Both the position numbers and the translations under genes were made by a program. The notes below the pieces were generated by a model that was given only the letters and a program-made list of their open reading frames with translations, ran no database searches and had not been told where the DNA came from. Positions 38,901-47,416 of a stretch of DNA of 64,000 bases are shown here, piece after piece. Origin of the DNA: Clostridia bacterium. GTDB lineage: Bacteria > Bacillota > Clostridia > TANB77 > CAG-465. Position 1 is the first letter of the stretch. Each line of letters begins with the position of its first letter. The stretch spans positions 68,883 to 132,882 of the forward strand of contig JAZKXT010000004.1 in the NCBI GenBank assembly GCA_045611765.1. Reading direction: 5' to 3'.

Positions 38901-38916
38901 TTATTTTAGTTTTCAT
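32923..38916 (-). CDS. giant secreted/surface protein (1997 aa), last gene of the Tad-like operon
   Basis: N-terminal signal/anchor (MKTKIITICSIMFLCVIFFNINQVLG). Central coiled-coil about residues 1010-1090. One dockerin/EF-hand-like Ca loop (DANSNGVINKDD). Thr/Tyr/Asn/Gly-rich beta-type composition. No LPXTG. Confidence 0.6.
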   Translation of the reverse strand: MKTKIITICSIMFLCVIFFNINQVLGVGLINHLWKTDIDGDDAYELIFRTFTTPYSGTVKKYHKKSGYMLVRELDKNGDYYQYEYGGKMYDSKWVVESTSVPLPAVNTFVTAQYIFHKDYYLSEYAKIEDSADKVGVGAIGFNTLNYTDVGESSSLKQYDVNNDEVYDWADYDPEDELGSLTVNLFHSYPSYTSKYDFARFQDKPDNVFYTVSRIGGYIDNEEKRTFKVNKKESQQTIFRSAMIHLDDNYNGTTIGNVIVDDHVLPSNIVGDFVDAAVVAEQEDGCMISQVLISKNYDNKYIASRTVREFFDDKNKVTATNKFWSVSLYGTEPQEYSLALGSVANLYDNELLFPQLSDAKIYVRHIDLGTNNVISTELVNNDSVMAINNDWSWDRNSCINTCVGGILGALDEAKTQGCTDRCSDTVTGTLQDKLGEILDYDRNVLNSVPDNDTTGTVTENGRTFTEIYSGVKYYDFPLSIKDVKYPETNLIGFNIVAALDYDTALKQLEFRIRKGKYEKWSPEDWGPDEVTELSLWDAEYEDDSEMLMSENKVYMIDLYYSDYAGEVTVYHRYIKDNGDDDVTDFTLVPESDKTGIVPNSKAQIEIRPSAWWDIITPTYRVDIERMNNDQFTKEVYPISMKTNEHLVVKPVEIKNGIVYKGYDLSEGTDGRWSDAYTSRSDITRIANNEKDSTNGVEVKLNEDYASVREVWFYYYKDETIKTEPTPVIGGKVTVDVSDSTTPNTTCYDDTYKGESSYSTYSMPSGHDSTVSIVKSGTSKLPRAILGAVTTQYTTNETPIVYDILVSGTRPIAGGEPVSEDIQFSFNHPTVIGYDKVTEISAYSINKATLYDAGAIDAVTVGSSLYNWEKNKKTLTVFKTPTLLMTGLEGREITKNTIDIESNYTDRTYSAKYVNEGSWNGANPDPDKADNSYSVKISSYNWADSSFHTINYEYDAKKLDANSNGVINKDDVEYVRLERKKAKDLWDAKKQELEDLKDEIEISTKISWEEALANEAEIKEKLTELKNAVSDTRKLLNDNITDSFKNLKCEKKWFAGGLNIYVGQCYDSLNIGTSYTTWKEARDTAQYLVNKTNSYISFMKGADKLGGYDNPIKTYYNSTGSKLVIKPDGVTKSIEFSLESVAVALNGYSRVIYSWSKEGSILNYKTKLTNEVNAANSHEGAKCWDDDNLIYAWQGYCAGTTDDYVSKRNAQITAIYSQMKNIDTALGNIEKEIDKELSFLVNIAKYIVLNEEVGEALTQYSEWNEEWEWMIENYPTGKVRYDEYMFMYGQSETDNNADVASTYDITFKLRVQNMDVQVDDILLNSAQPNNKVEKTYKIAELLTDIDNPEGKIEVKTTPIKIPKEYYETGIGEQDYVEARGHIHYNILNGVRVLAGEVKYTLKDLMGIGYSDITGIKDTVYYPSISDEYKDSSFYRTHTNLIQKYQINNEPTVDNPRYEYVDPINIYTPITVNSAFETTSNNIVDQSTKNEGNGLVQSNVPFTITINNMSKTLTFGDVTKNNVYGLNDTTDYGATSSYSSPYYIKFDFDVHKVFINDRVYNGGGKVIAGTWIRVKRNASGIGKVTAQAYGAVDELDVSPLSEGEVQYHVRATAYNSTSLMLSESTRYKAIEELANEMKEDVENICEHPSYFAEQNQNKILILNRIYGFKVTDVKDVNWKSVFRTNTSSKVNVHNGTVYYSGITKWKKESTQTNEIVPRTLTEIGRNPLRTLPIGPYKNTDNTYINAPKMGYRFSFDMNVTGSYYKGDSANNEKQVTINTRFYYISKDGKTYLKEYDSSNKSEGIYLFYKASNGKYVRIDNDGGGYNINFTPNDGYRYIQDEVTDHFSKSSINIGHLRTIELTYKMATPNANDSVITYYGEYKLPNSTIAVKVDKNGNYDINKPLTNGYIGVVFDIIASSNGIDLSYSKDTQAGKANTSQWDYEGFMGYSNYGKAVTSNNDVSLRLEGGVWNITSDTVYNEVKGTVMLYDLDSRAATDFD

Positions 38917-38925
38917 GATTTCCTC

Positions 38926-40278
38926 CTATTCTATAACCACTTGTTCAGTTGGTTTTACTATATGCCTAGCTAGGCAAGCTTTAGATATTAATAATGAATT
39001 TGAATTAAATGTCATACCTGTTGGTAAGTCTACATACATCGTAATTTCATTTCCATTATATTTTACTTTTCTTGATTCATCACCGAACAACAAATTATAT
39101 TCAGTATCTGAATTAATAACTTTAAATGTTATTTTTGTTCTAATAATATATTGTTCACCATTACTATACATTATTGGAAGTAACGGCGTTGCCTCACCTT
39201 GTAATGTTATTTTATTATCTTTTACATATTGTACATATTTTTTTACATCATTTGTGTTCATTTTATATGTCATAAGACTTCCTATGCTATATAAAAACTT
39301 TTCATTTGTAATTGTTTTATAATCTACATTTAATATACTTCTAAAATAGTTTACTACCATATCATCAATTTGGCCATATAAATAACCCATTAGTTTATAT
39401 GTATGCTTTGGGGTTTTAAATGAAGGTTCCCATTTCACTTCGTAATCTAACTCATAAATTTCTTTAGGTATGCTCGAAATTATATATGGGTATTCTTTAT
39501 AGTTTTCTGGCATTTGTTTTTTATCTGTAACAATTTCTACTTTTTCGTCGCTATTACCTTTGTTTTTATAATACATCAACGCATTTTCTTCTATTATTTC
39601 AATTAATAGTTTGTTTAATTCACCTTTAACTATTTTAGAATTAGATAATGCTGAATTTTTATTTTGTATAATTCCTAATGTTACTGCTTTTGCTATCGCT
39701 ATTTGCTCAGCTTCTGTATATTGTTTTAACCTTTTCTCACTCATCTTTAATTCTGATGGTTTTACTTCACCCAAAACACCTTCTAAAACATTTGTTGTAA
39801 TCACAACTGCATCTATATATGTTGCTCTCACATCTAGCTCTTTTTCTGTTATACTGTCATTTATACCCGCATATAATGAATAATTGTACCAATTTTGGCT
39901 ATCTGGTTTGCTTTTGTCCGTTAGGTAATATATATTTGAAATATCCTTTATATTGTTTATAGTTCCAACCGTAACTTTGATTAGCTCCGCATTAGAAACT
40001 TTTTGGATGGATGTGGCTTTTTCATTGTTATATAACTTTGCAAAACCATATGTTTCCATTTTATCTGTATATTCCCAATATTTAACGGTTATTATTAATG
40101 CTTTAATTCCAAAATATATTCCAATAGATACTACTATCATTATACCAATTAATACTTTTGTAAATACAGACAGTCTATTAGGCTTTTTATCAGCAGTGTT
40201 TTTAGACTCACTTGTTGCGACCTTCTTAGATGATGTTTTTTTCTTATTCTTTTTCAATTCATTGTTGCTTTTTTCCAT
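38926..40278 (-). CDS. membrane-anchored extracellular protein (450 aa), Lys-rich cytoplasmic N-terminus + single TM
   Basis: KKNKKKTSSKK... followed by a TM helix (VLIGIMIVVSIGIYFGIKALII). Confidence 0.5.
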   Translation of the reverse strand: MEKSNNELKKNKKKTSSKKVATSESKNTADKKPNRLSVFTKVLIGIMIVVSIGIYFGIKALIITVKYWEYTDKMETYGFAKLYNNEKATSIQKVSNAELIKVTVGTINNIKDISNIYYLTDKSKPDSQNWYNYSLYAGINDSITEKELDVRATYIDAVVITTNVLEGVLGEVKPSELKMSEKRLKQYTEAEQIAIAKAVTLGIIQNKNSALSNSKIVKGELNKLLIEIIEENALMYYKNKGNSDEKVEIVTDKKQMPENYKEYPYIISSIPKEIYELDYEVKWEPSFKTPKHTYKLMGYLYGQIDDMVVNYFRSILNVDYKTITNEKFLYSIGSLMTYKMNTNDVKKYVQYVKDNKITLQGEATPLLPIMYSNGEQYIIRTKITFKVINSDTEYNLLFGDESRKVKYNGNEITMYVDLPTGMTFNSNSLLISKACLARHIVKPTEQVVIE

Positions 40279-40292
40279 CTCTTATTCTCCTC

Positions 40293-41357
40293 CTATGGTT
40301 TGCATATTGGACATGGATAATACCCTTGCGTTGCCGCTTCAGCTCTATTTATATAAAATGCTGGCACTAATTTTTCTTCTGTATGGTTTTTCCATGATAA
40401 ATAAGCTTTACACTCATTCGACATATGATATAGGTTTCTTGCTAAATAAGATATATCTGTTCCAGATTCAGAAACCACGCCTTTACTTAAATAATATTTG
40501 TTTGCCGATACCAAATCCGATGCACTATATGCTTTATAATTTAAATATCTATTTCCTAAAGATATTCCTTGGATTATTGCTATCATTCCTATTCCGTCCA
40601 TTGTCTCATACCATTCTTCATCAGATGCTACCGAAAACTGAAACGAATACTTTATCCCAGTAAGCCTTGCAAAATCATTATGTTTATTTACAGCATAAGA
40701 TATTTCTTGCATTGCAATTCTTGCTATAGTTGCTGTTCTAATAGATTCTAATTCTTTTATCTTAGCATTATTACCTAATACACCATTCATTTTTGAATCA
40801 GTTAAATAAAAAGATCTCGTATCATATATTTCTCCATTAGATCTATACCTAGTAAGATATATATAATCATCCATTGTAAACGTTACTTCATATGTAAGGC
40901 TACCACTAGTATATGTGTGCATATACTTTACCTTGGGTTTAGTTACAAATATTGTGTTACCAGTAGTTATATCTTTTTCAGCTGAATGTATATATATACC
41001 ATCATAATCTAATACAGCTACAACAGGTATGTACATTTTAAGATGCTCTAACGACATAGTATTATTATTAATATTAAAGCTACTAGAAAGAGAATTAAAG
41101 AATGTATTTACAGCCATATTTGCATTTATACTAACTTTATTATCTACTATTCCCGAATAACCATAATCTATGTTTTCATCTTCATTTTCTACCTGTTTCA
41201 TGGAAGAAACAGCATCCTGAACTGCTGAATTCATCAGATTCTTATAATACATCTCCTGCTTCTCGGATTTTACTAAAAATGATATATTAACATACACTAT
41301 TATAACCACAGGTAAAAATATTGCTACAAATATTAGTGCAAAATCTGTTAATCTCAT
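40293..41357 (-). CDS. N-terminally anchored (pseudopilin-like) extracellular protein (354 aa) ending in Cys-rich YYPCPICKP
   Basis: N-terminal MRLTDFALIFVAIFLPVVIIVYV hydrophobic segment. Confidence 0.5.
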   Translation of the reverse strand: MRLTDFALIFVAIFLPVVIIVYVNISFLVKSEKQEMYYKNLMNSAVQDAVSSMKQVENEDENIDYGYSGIVDNKVSINANMAVNTFFNSLSSSFNINNNTMSLEHLKMYIPVVAVLDYDGIYIHSAEKDITTGNTIFVTKPKVKYMHTYTSGSLTYEVTFTMDDYIYLTRYRSNGEIYDTRSFYLTDSKMNGVLGNNAKIKELESIRTATIARIAMQEISYAVNKHNDFARLTGIKYSFQFSVASDEEWYETMDGIGMIAIIQGISLGNRYLNYKAYSASDLVSANKYYLSKGVVSESGTDISYLARNLYHMSNECKAYLSWKNHTEEKLVPAFYINRAEAATQGYYPCPICKP

Positions 41358-41431
41358 GCTGTTTCTCCTTTCTTATTTAATCATGTTTTTAAATTTTCTT
41401 TATTATATATTTAATTTATAGTAACCAATAA

Positions 41432-44400
41432 TTAATTGACTACAAATGTTCTACTTACTTCTTCTACATTGCCAGCTATATCATATGTTCTTATAGTAGC
41501 TGTCATTGTTCCTTTTTCGGTAATTGTTTTTGTTATACTGCCACCTGCATTACTTATACTTCCAGATATCACATGTGTGCCATCAGATTTAACAAGTTCA
41601 TATGTACATCTATCGAATCCACTTAAATTATCTGAACCTGCTATAAACTCCATTTTCACTTGTCCCGAGTATACATGCGTATACCAATCCATTGTATAAA
41701 TATCATTAAACTTCATGTTCGTACCAGTCGGAGCAGTTTTGTCTAGTTTAATTGTTTTTTCTTCCAATACTGAATTGCCATTTGAATCCTTAGTCGTTAT
41801 TGTGACTTTTGTTCCGCTAGTATTAGAAGTTATTTCATTACGAGACAAAGTAACCATAACCTCTCCACTATTGTCACTTCCACCTGTATACGATAAAGCA
41901 ACATTTTGATTATACCATTTACCCTCCTCGTAAGACTGGCCGTTTACAAGTAATGTTGCAGGCATTGGTGGTAGTTTGTCTATCACTGTCGTACCTATAT
42001 TTCCTGCTTTATCCTCAAGGGCAATTGTTAACTCATATTTGCCATCACTAGGTAACGTTACATCGCTAGACGTTCCACTGCTTATCCCACTACTAGTTTC
42101 TAATTGCCATCTTCTAGCTTTAAAACCAGAACCATACTCTGTATAATCTAAATATCTTTTCTGACCAGCAACTGATGTGACTAAAGCTGGTGGTGTAGTA
42201 TCTACTTTTATAGACCTTGTCTCAGATGTGCTTGACTTTCCAGCTTGTGTATACGTAGTTGCGTATAACGTATATTGTCCATCGGCTAAGTCTTTTTCTT
42301 TAACGAATGTAGTAAACTTTTCACCAACTCCATTTACATATAAATATCCATATGAATACCCTGATGCTGCGCTTCCTGTATCAACAGTTATTTTCACTTT
42401 TGGTTTAGTAATATACCAACCTTCATTGCCTAATCCACCTTCTATTATCTCTAGAGTGGCTGGTTTCGGATTGGATTTATCAAATTTTAGTTCTCTCGTA
42501 CTTTCGCTATAGTTTCCAGCCTTATCATATGTTCTGGCTATAATTTTATACTCTCCGGGCTCCGTTAAAGTTACGGATGTCGGATTAAAGCTATTATAGT
42601 TAACACCTTCATTTTGAACTGGTCCTTCTATTTCATATGTAGTTTTCCAAAATCCACTTGTTGTATCTGAACCATTGGAAATTTTTATAGTAATACTAGG
42701 AGCTATAGCAGTATCATATGCTAAATACCAGCCTGTACTTCCATAATAATAGCCAGATACATTTACAGCAATAGTTGGTGAAGTTGGCGCGTTCTTGTCT
42801 ATTTTTACCTCAAGTGCAACTTTGTCACTTTCATTTCCAACATAATCTTCTGCATAACCTCGCACCGTTCTTGTACCATTCCATGATACAGGATATGTGG
42901 TTACATCATATAAAGAATCGTATAAAGTTAAAGCGTTTTGGATTTGTAAAACGTTACGCCATACACCACTTCCACCTTTATCCGCTGTAGAAGGCGCTAG
43001 ACTTATCGTTACATCAGACCTGTACCACGTTACATCGTCTACTGTGTTGCTAACCCCTTCGGCAACCAAACTAGGTGGAAAAGGCTTTTTATCATCTTCA
43101 AGTACTTTGTACCCATTGCTTTTAGCTCCAGCCAATGCAAGTAATACAGTATCTGAATGTGGATTATTATCTATAATTGTTCCTTCTTCTTCTATGTAGA
43201 TATCATTTAATAATTCGCGTTCTATTTCTTTTTGCGCCCAACCTTCCTCTAATTGAAAGTAATTATTATTGCTAGTTCCAGTGTGTGCGAATTTTACCAA
43301 AACGCGTTCCGCATATTGTGACAGAATATCTACTCTATACTCACCCATATATAACTCTTCATCTGTCCAACTCTCAACAGTCAAATTATTTACATTCTTT
43401 AATGTATCAGAATTCTTTATAGCCTTTTCTATTTTCTCTTTAATAGCTTCTTGATTAGTTGTACCTAGTCTTGGAAAAGATATTATAAAACAAATTTCTT
43501 GGTCTTCAGTCGCTTTTATATAATTATCCACCCAACTGTCATTAACATAAGCTGTATTGTCTACCATTCTAGACTCGGCTAAATTATTAGTTTTTACTAG
43601 CTTCTTCCAATTATATGGCCCTAAAATAGTAGTATGATTTCCCGAATTCTCATCAAATAATTCTATTGCAACCGTTTCTGCCGCAAGAGATGCTATGCCG
43701 TTTTTGTCCTCTCCCAATCCTGGTAATACTGTAACAGTTGCATCTGCAGCTATATAGTCTAAAACTGACATATGCACATTAGTAAGTTTTATTTCTAATT
43801 GATAGTAATCTTCCACGGATATAAAATTCAAAGCAATATTAGCATACATTCCATTTAATTTTATGTAATTACTTATTATATGATTTGCTATATCACTACT
43901 CCATACTAAATCTTTTATAGGAGTATAAACATTTCCTGTATCTATCTTATCAAAATTTCTTAATTCAGCTAGAATTGTTATTTCTGTATTATTTGAATCT
44001 GACAAGTCATATTGATATACATATTGTCTTTCTTCAACTTTTTCACACAATTCTGCAAGTTCCGAATCTATATCTACATCATCACAATTTAACTCGTCAA
44101 CAAAGCTCGATTCTGTTATCACAGATTCTTTTTGTATGTTAGTTTCTCCTTTTTTGTTAACAGGAACTGTTAATATAACTTCCGGAACTATGTCTTGAGA
44201 TGCTTGTATTTTATTATATAATTCCCAGTTTACATTATTAATGGCCCCACCATAGCTTATATTTACTATTTTACTGTTTGACGATTCTGAAAAAGAATCA
44301 CGTAAAATACTCGCTATGGTTTTGTTTGTGTTATATACTTTAACATATATCTCGTCGTTTTTCTTTAATAAATATACTCCGTCTTTTATATTTGTTTCAT

Positions 44401-44776
44401 TTGCACTAATCTTATTAGTTTGCTTATCTTCCCATACATCAAATATGTCTTGAGTATTATATAATATTTTTTGTTCACCGTATGTTTTAACATTGCCATC
44501 GGAATCTCTTTCCTCTGGAACAAGAATACTTCTATATGCCTCTATAGACACATTATATATATTGCCTGTGGACGCTATAGCATTCATATAGTCTGTATAT
44601 GATTGTTCATCTATAAATCCATTGGTCCTAACCTTATCCACAAAATTAGTAGTGGCAGTTAAAACAATGTTATATGCCATGTTATCTTGTCTATCTGCCA
44701 AACTGTATAATGGAAATATAACTACAAAAAATGTTCCTATAATAGTTGCAATTATAATGCTTATAGTATCTTTCAT
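41432..44776 (-). CDS. large pseudopilin-like protein (1114 aa): pilin-type N-terminal helix + six C-terminal about 90-aa beta-sandwich repeats each ending in a D-x-A-G-N motif
   Basis: N-terminus MKDTISIIIATIIGTFFVVIFPLY... is homologous to that of the 405-aa protein. Repeats: EDYVGNESD, YDKAGNYSE, YTQAGKSST, EDKAGNIGT, DSNGNSVLE, YDIAGNVEE. Confidence 0.55.
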   Translation of the reverse strand: MKDTISIIIATIIGTFFVVIFPLYSLADRQDNMAYNIVLTATTNFVDKVRTNGFIDEQSYTDYMNAIASTGNIYNVSIEAYRSILVPEERDSDGNVKTYGEQKILYNTQDIFDVWEDKQTNKISANETNIKDGVYLLKKNDEIYVKVYNTNKTIASILRDSFSESSNSKIVNISYGGAINNVNWELYNKIQASQDIVPEVILTVPVNKKGETNIQKESVITESSFVDELNCDDVDIDSELAELCEKVEERQYVYQYDLSDSNNTEITILAELRNFDKIDTGNVYTPIKDLVWSSDIANHIISNYIKLNGMYANIALNFISVEDYYQLEIKLTNVHMSVLDYIAADATVTVLPGLGEDKNGIASLAAETVAIELFDENSGNHTTILGPYNWKKLVKTNNLAESRMVDNTAYVNDSWVDNYIKATEDQEICFIISFPRLGTTNQEAIKEKIEKAIKNSDTLKNVNNLTVESWTDEELYMGEYRVDILSQYAERVLVKFAHTGTSNNNYFQLEEGWAQKEIERELLNDIYIEEEGTIIDNNPHSDTVLLALAGAKSNGYKVLEDDKKPFPPSLVAEGVSNTVDDVTWYRSDVTISLAPSTADKGGSGVWRNVLQIQNALTLYDSLYDVTTYPVSWNGTRTVRGYAEDYVGNESDKVALEVKIDKNAPTSPTIAVNVSGYYYGSTGWYLAYDTAIAPSITIKISNGSDTTSGFWKTTYEIEGPVQNEGVNYNSFNPTSVTLTEPGEYKIIARTYDKAGNYSESTRELKFDKSNPKPATLEIIEGGLGNEGWYITKPKVKITVDTGSAASGYSYGYLYVNGVGEKFTTFVKEKDLADGQYTLYATTYTQAGKSSTSETRSIKVDTTPPALVTSVAGQKRYLDYTEYGSGFKARRWQLETSSGISSGTSSDVTLPSDGKYELTIALEDKAGNIGTTVIDKLPPMPATLLVNGQSYEEGKWYNQNVALSYTGGSDNSGEVMVTLSRNEITSNTSGTKVTITTKDSNGNSVLEEKTIKLDKTAPTGTNMKFNDIYTMDWYTHVYSGQVKMEFIAGSDNLSGFDRCTYELVKSDGTHVISGSISNAGGSITKTITEKGTMTATIRTYDIAGNVEEVSRTFVVN

Positions 44777-44882
44777 TAATATCTTCTACCTTTCTTATGG
44801 CTCTATATATTCTATAAATATGAATTTCCCGTTATTATACTGCATTTCATATTTCTTACTATTATTTAAGCTCGTCCAGGTG

Positions 44883-45146
44883 TCATGAAGTATTGCACCG
44901 TTGTAAAAAAATATTATCTCCCGACTTGCTTCCATAATGTCTTATCTCTGGCCCTGTATATAATCGTTCATGGTCTTCGCCAATACTTTCTGCAAGTGTA
45001 CCATTCATCCCAACAATATACGGTTCATTCATAATTTCAACCATGTCTAGAATACTGGTCATAAGAGTAACACCTGCACTTAAAGCTATAGCAAATATAA
45101 ATACATAAATTCCTATCATTATTGCTTCACTTGCTGATTGCTCCAT
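44883..45146 (-). CDS. small pilin-like protein (87 aa)
   Basis: MEQSASEAIMIGIYVFIFAIALSAGVTLM: short polar leader then a hydrophobic helix. RBS GAGGGGGAAAG. Confidence 0.45.
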   Translation of the reverse strand: MEQSASEAIMIGIYVFIFAIALSAGVTLMTSILDMVEIMNEPYIVGMNGTLAESIGEDHERLYTGPEIRHYGSKSGDNIFLQRCNTS

Positions 45147-45147
45147 A

Positions 45148-45597
45148 TTATTTTCTTTCCCCCTCTAGCTCATAACGAATTATTATATCGCCGTTATATT
45201 CATATACTTTTACGTCATATTTATTTTCATAACTGAATAATTCTCCTTGAAATTTTTTATTTCCTTCCATTAATTCTTGGAGTTTTTGTGATGGTCTCTG
45301 TCCGTTTGCCTCTGCCACTGATTCAATATTATCTCTTTTAAAATATTCTACCACTATATTTTGATCAGTATATTCGTATTTTTTTACAACATTAAGTAGA
45401 CCGACACCTGTATCTTTTCTCCCATCATACATTGCGTAAATATTATCAAACTGACTATATATATCCGTATCTGTTTCATCAACAAAACCAAATATTTCTT
45501 TCATTTGACTAAACATAGCAAAAAGCGCTGTTGCAATCGACACTGTAATAAACAAACTAACAGCTATAATTACCACTTTAGTTGACAACGCATCCAC
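45148..45597 (-). CDS. pseudopilin-like protein (149 aa), GTG start
   Basis: MDALSTKVVIIAVSLFITVSIATALFAMF N-terminal helix. RBS AGGTGGTG. Confidence 0.45.
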   Translation of the reverse strand: MDALSTKVVIIAVSLFITVSIATALFAMFSQMKEIFGFVDETDTDIYSQFDNIYAMYDGRKDTGVGLLNVVKKYEYTDQNIVVEYFKRDNIESVAEANGQRPSQKLQELMEGNKKFQGELFSYENKYDVKVYEYNGDIIIRYELEGERK

Positions 45598-45621
45598 TTA
45601 ATTCACCACCTATCCTATTAA

Positions 45622-46839
45622 TTAGTATGACCACACTCCAACTATTTGCCTTCTTCCATCAAATTTTTTACTAGCCTCATCCATCTCATCATACTTTCCA
45701 GCGTTATATGTCTGTGTAGTCAAATACCCAAACTTAGGAACACTTTCTAATTTTATACTTTCTTCCACTTTTTTATCATTAATATATAAATTAACTATAC
45801 ATTCTTTATCCTGTACTTTATCTACTGCAATTTCTATTTTAGTATCTGCCATTATATCTGTTGGATAAGATAAAATTGTAGTATTTTCAACAAGAATTGA
45901 AACTCCATTCAAGCCAACACTTACAAGCATGTCACCGGTATTGACAAAGTTGTACATTAATTGTATATCTCCTGTATTTAATACCCCTTTTGCTCTTAAT
46001 TCTGTTACCGTTTTTGGCGTAACTTTCAAAGCAACTTTATAATCATCGGTCGGATTTATAATATTCAAGTTTGAAGTGCTATGTTTCATTGCTTTTAATC
46101 CCACAACACTACTTGTAATGCTACCATAATCTACTTCGCCTATCCATTTACTAGCTAAAATTCTTCCGCCATAATTTACATATAGTCTAGTATTTGTATC
46201 TATAGCGTTTGCTGTTATAGAGTTATATAAAATTGTTGCCAATGTAGTATTAGTATTACGTATAGTTACATTAAAGTTGTCTCCTTCATTTAACAAATAT
46301 GCATAATGTTCTGTTCCATTAGATAGATTTAATTTTTTTTCATTTTCTAAAATATTTACAATATGCTCTGTTGTATATACTTGCTTAGATACCCTATATG
46401 TATCTTCAGACATAAAATCTGTTGGAATTTTCCCAAGTTTACCTGCTAAAAATTTATCCTGTTCATCCTTTTCTAACCCCATTTTATCTTCTGCAGATAA
46501 CCACTCTTCTTTTTGTTCTTGTGTTGTTGTTGCGACTAGTTCATACTTTCCATCCTTTTTTATATAATAATTGGTTATAGGATCATACCTTGTATATTCA
46601 TGTGTAAGTTCTATATCATACGAATTGCCTGTAAGGCGAAGTCTTCTTTCGTAATCACTATACATGTCCCTTGTTATATATCCCTTATTTCTTACTTCAT
46701 CTACAAAATCTTGTGTGTACCTCATAGCAAGTATATATGATATATCGTCTTTCTTTTCATATGCCATATATACAGGGAATATGAAAAGAAGAACTATGGA
46801 TATTATAACAATAACAATTGTTTGTAAACTGTCTTCCAC
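45622..46839 (-). CDS. pseudopilin-like protein (405 aa) sharing an N-terminal module with the 1114-aa protein
   Basis: MEDSLQTIVIVIISIVLLFIFPVYMAYEKKDDISYILAMRYTQDFVDEVRNKGYI matches MKDTISIIIATIIGTFFVVIFPLYSLADRQDNMAYNIVLTATTNFVDKVRTNGFI. Confidence 0.5.
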   Translation of the reverse strand: MEDSLQTIVIVIISIVLLFIFPVYMAYEKKDDISYILAMRYTQDFVDEVRNKGYITRDMYSDYERRLRLTGNSYDIELTHEYTRYDPITNYYIKKDGKYELVATTTQEQKEEWLSAEDKMGLEKDEQDKFLAGKLGKIPTDFMSEDTYRVSKQVYTTEHIVNILENEKKLNLSNGTEHYAYLLNEGDNFNVTIRNTNTTLATILYNSITANAIDTNTRLYVNYGGRILASKWIGEVDYGSITSSVVGLKAMKHSTSNLNIINPTDDYKVALKVTPKTVTELRAKGVLNTGDIQLMYNFVNTGDMLVSVGLNGVSILVENTTILSYPTDIMADTKIEIAVDKVQDKECIVNLYINDKKVEESIKLESVPKFGYLTTQTYNAGKYDEMDEASKKFDGRRQIVGVWSY

Positions 46840-46851
46840 TTGTTATCCCCC

Positions 46852-47259
46852 TTAATAATCAATTATCTTATCTGGAGAAGAAATATACAATATCTCTCCT
46901 TCTTTTGTCACTGTATAGTTCCAAATTGGATTTATTTTATCTAGCATTTCTTCCTTAATATTGCCTGTACTATATCGCCAACTCCCACCTAATGTAGTGC
47001 CATTAAACCTTATTGATACGCTATCATCTGTTATATATTTAGTTATTAACGAACGCACATCTACCCCTGTTAAAGTCGTCGCATCTAAATCTTCCTTTTT
47101 CATTATTTCATCATATTCTGAAGCTATATCTGTCCTATGCCCCACTTGTTCAGCAACATCTATTGCTTTACCATAATATATTGTCATGGCGGATATAACC
47201 CCCATTATTATAAAAACTGAAACACTTATAAAAATAATCCTTACTGACCACTCTTCCAT
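46852..47259 (-). CDS. pseudopilin-like protein (about 135 aa)
   Basis: Start at the second ATG (AAGGGGA RBS). MEEWSVRIIFISVSVFIIMGVISAM N-terminal helix. Confidence 0.45.
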   Translation of the reverse strand: MEEWSVRIIFISVSVFIIMGVISAMTIYYGKAIDVAEQVGHRTDIASEYDEIMKKEDLDATTLTGVDVRSLITKYITDDSVSIRFNGTTLGGSWRYSTGNIKEEMLDKINPIWNYTVTKEGEILYISSPDKIIDY

Positions 47260-47360
47260 AATGTTCCCCTTTCTAATTAACAAATATAAAAAGAATTGAT
47301 TATACCGTGTTTAATTTCTTCTTATATTTATTAATTTCAATATAAATTAACATATCTTAA

Positions 47361-47391
47361 AATAGCCTTAAAAAGGCATACAACATAATTA
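47361..47391 (-). terminator. attenuator-type hairpin (AAAAGGCATA-N11-TATGCCTTTT) immediately 3' of the candidate major subunit gene
   Basis: 10-bp perfect stem seen directly, in the 133-bp gap inside the operon. Confidence 0.45.
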
Positions 47392-47416
47392 TATGCCTTT
47401 TAAGGTTAAAATTTAA

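Noticed and set aside
32923-44776. Sortase-anchored (LPXTG) surface proteins
   Set aside because: No LPXTG-type motif plus hydrophobic tail at any C-terminus. Anchoring appears to be N-terminal.
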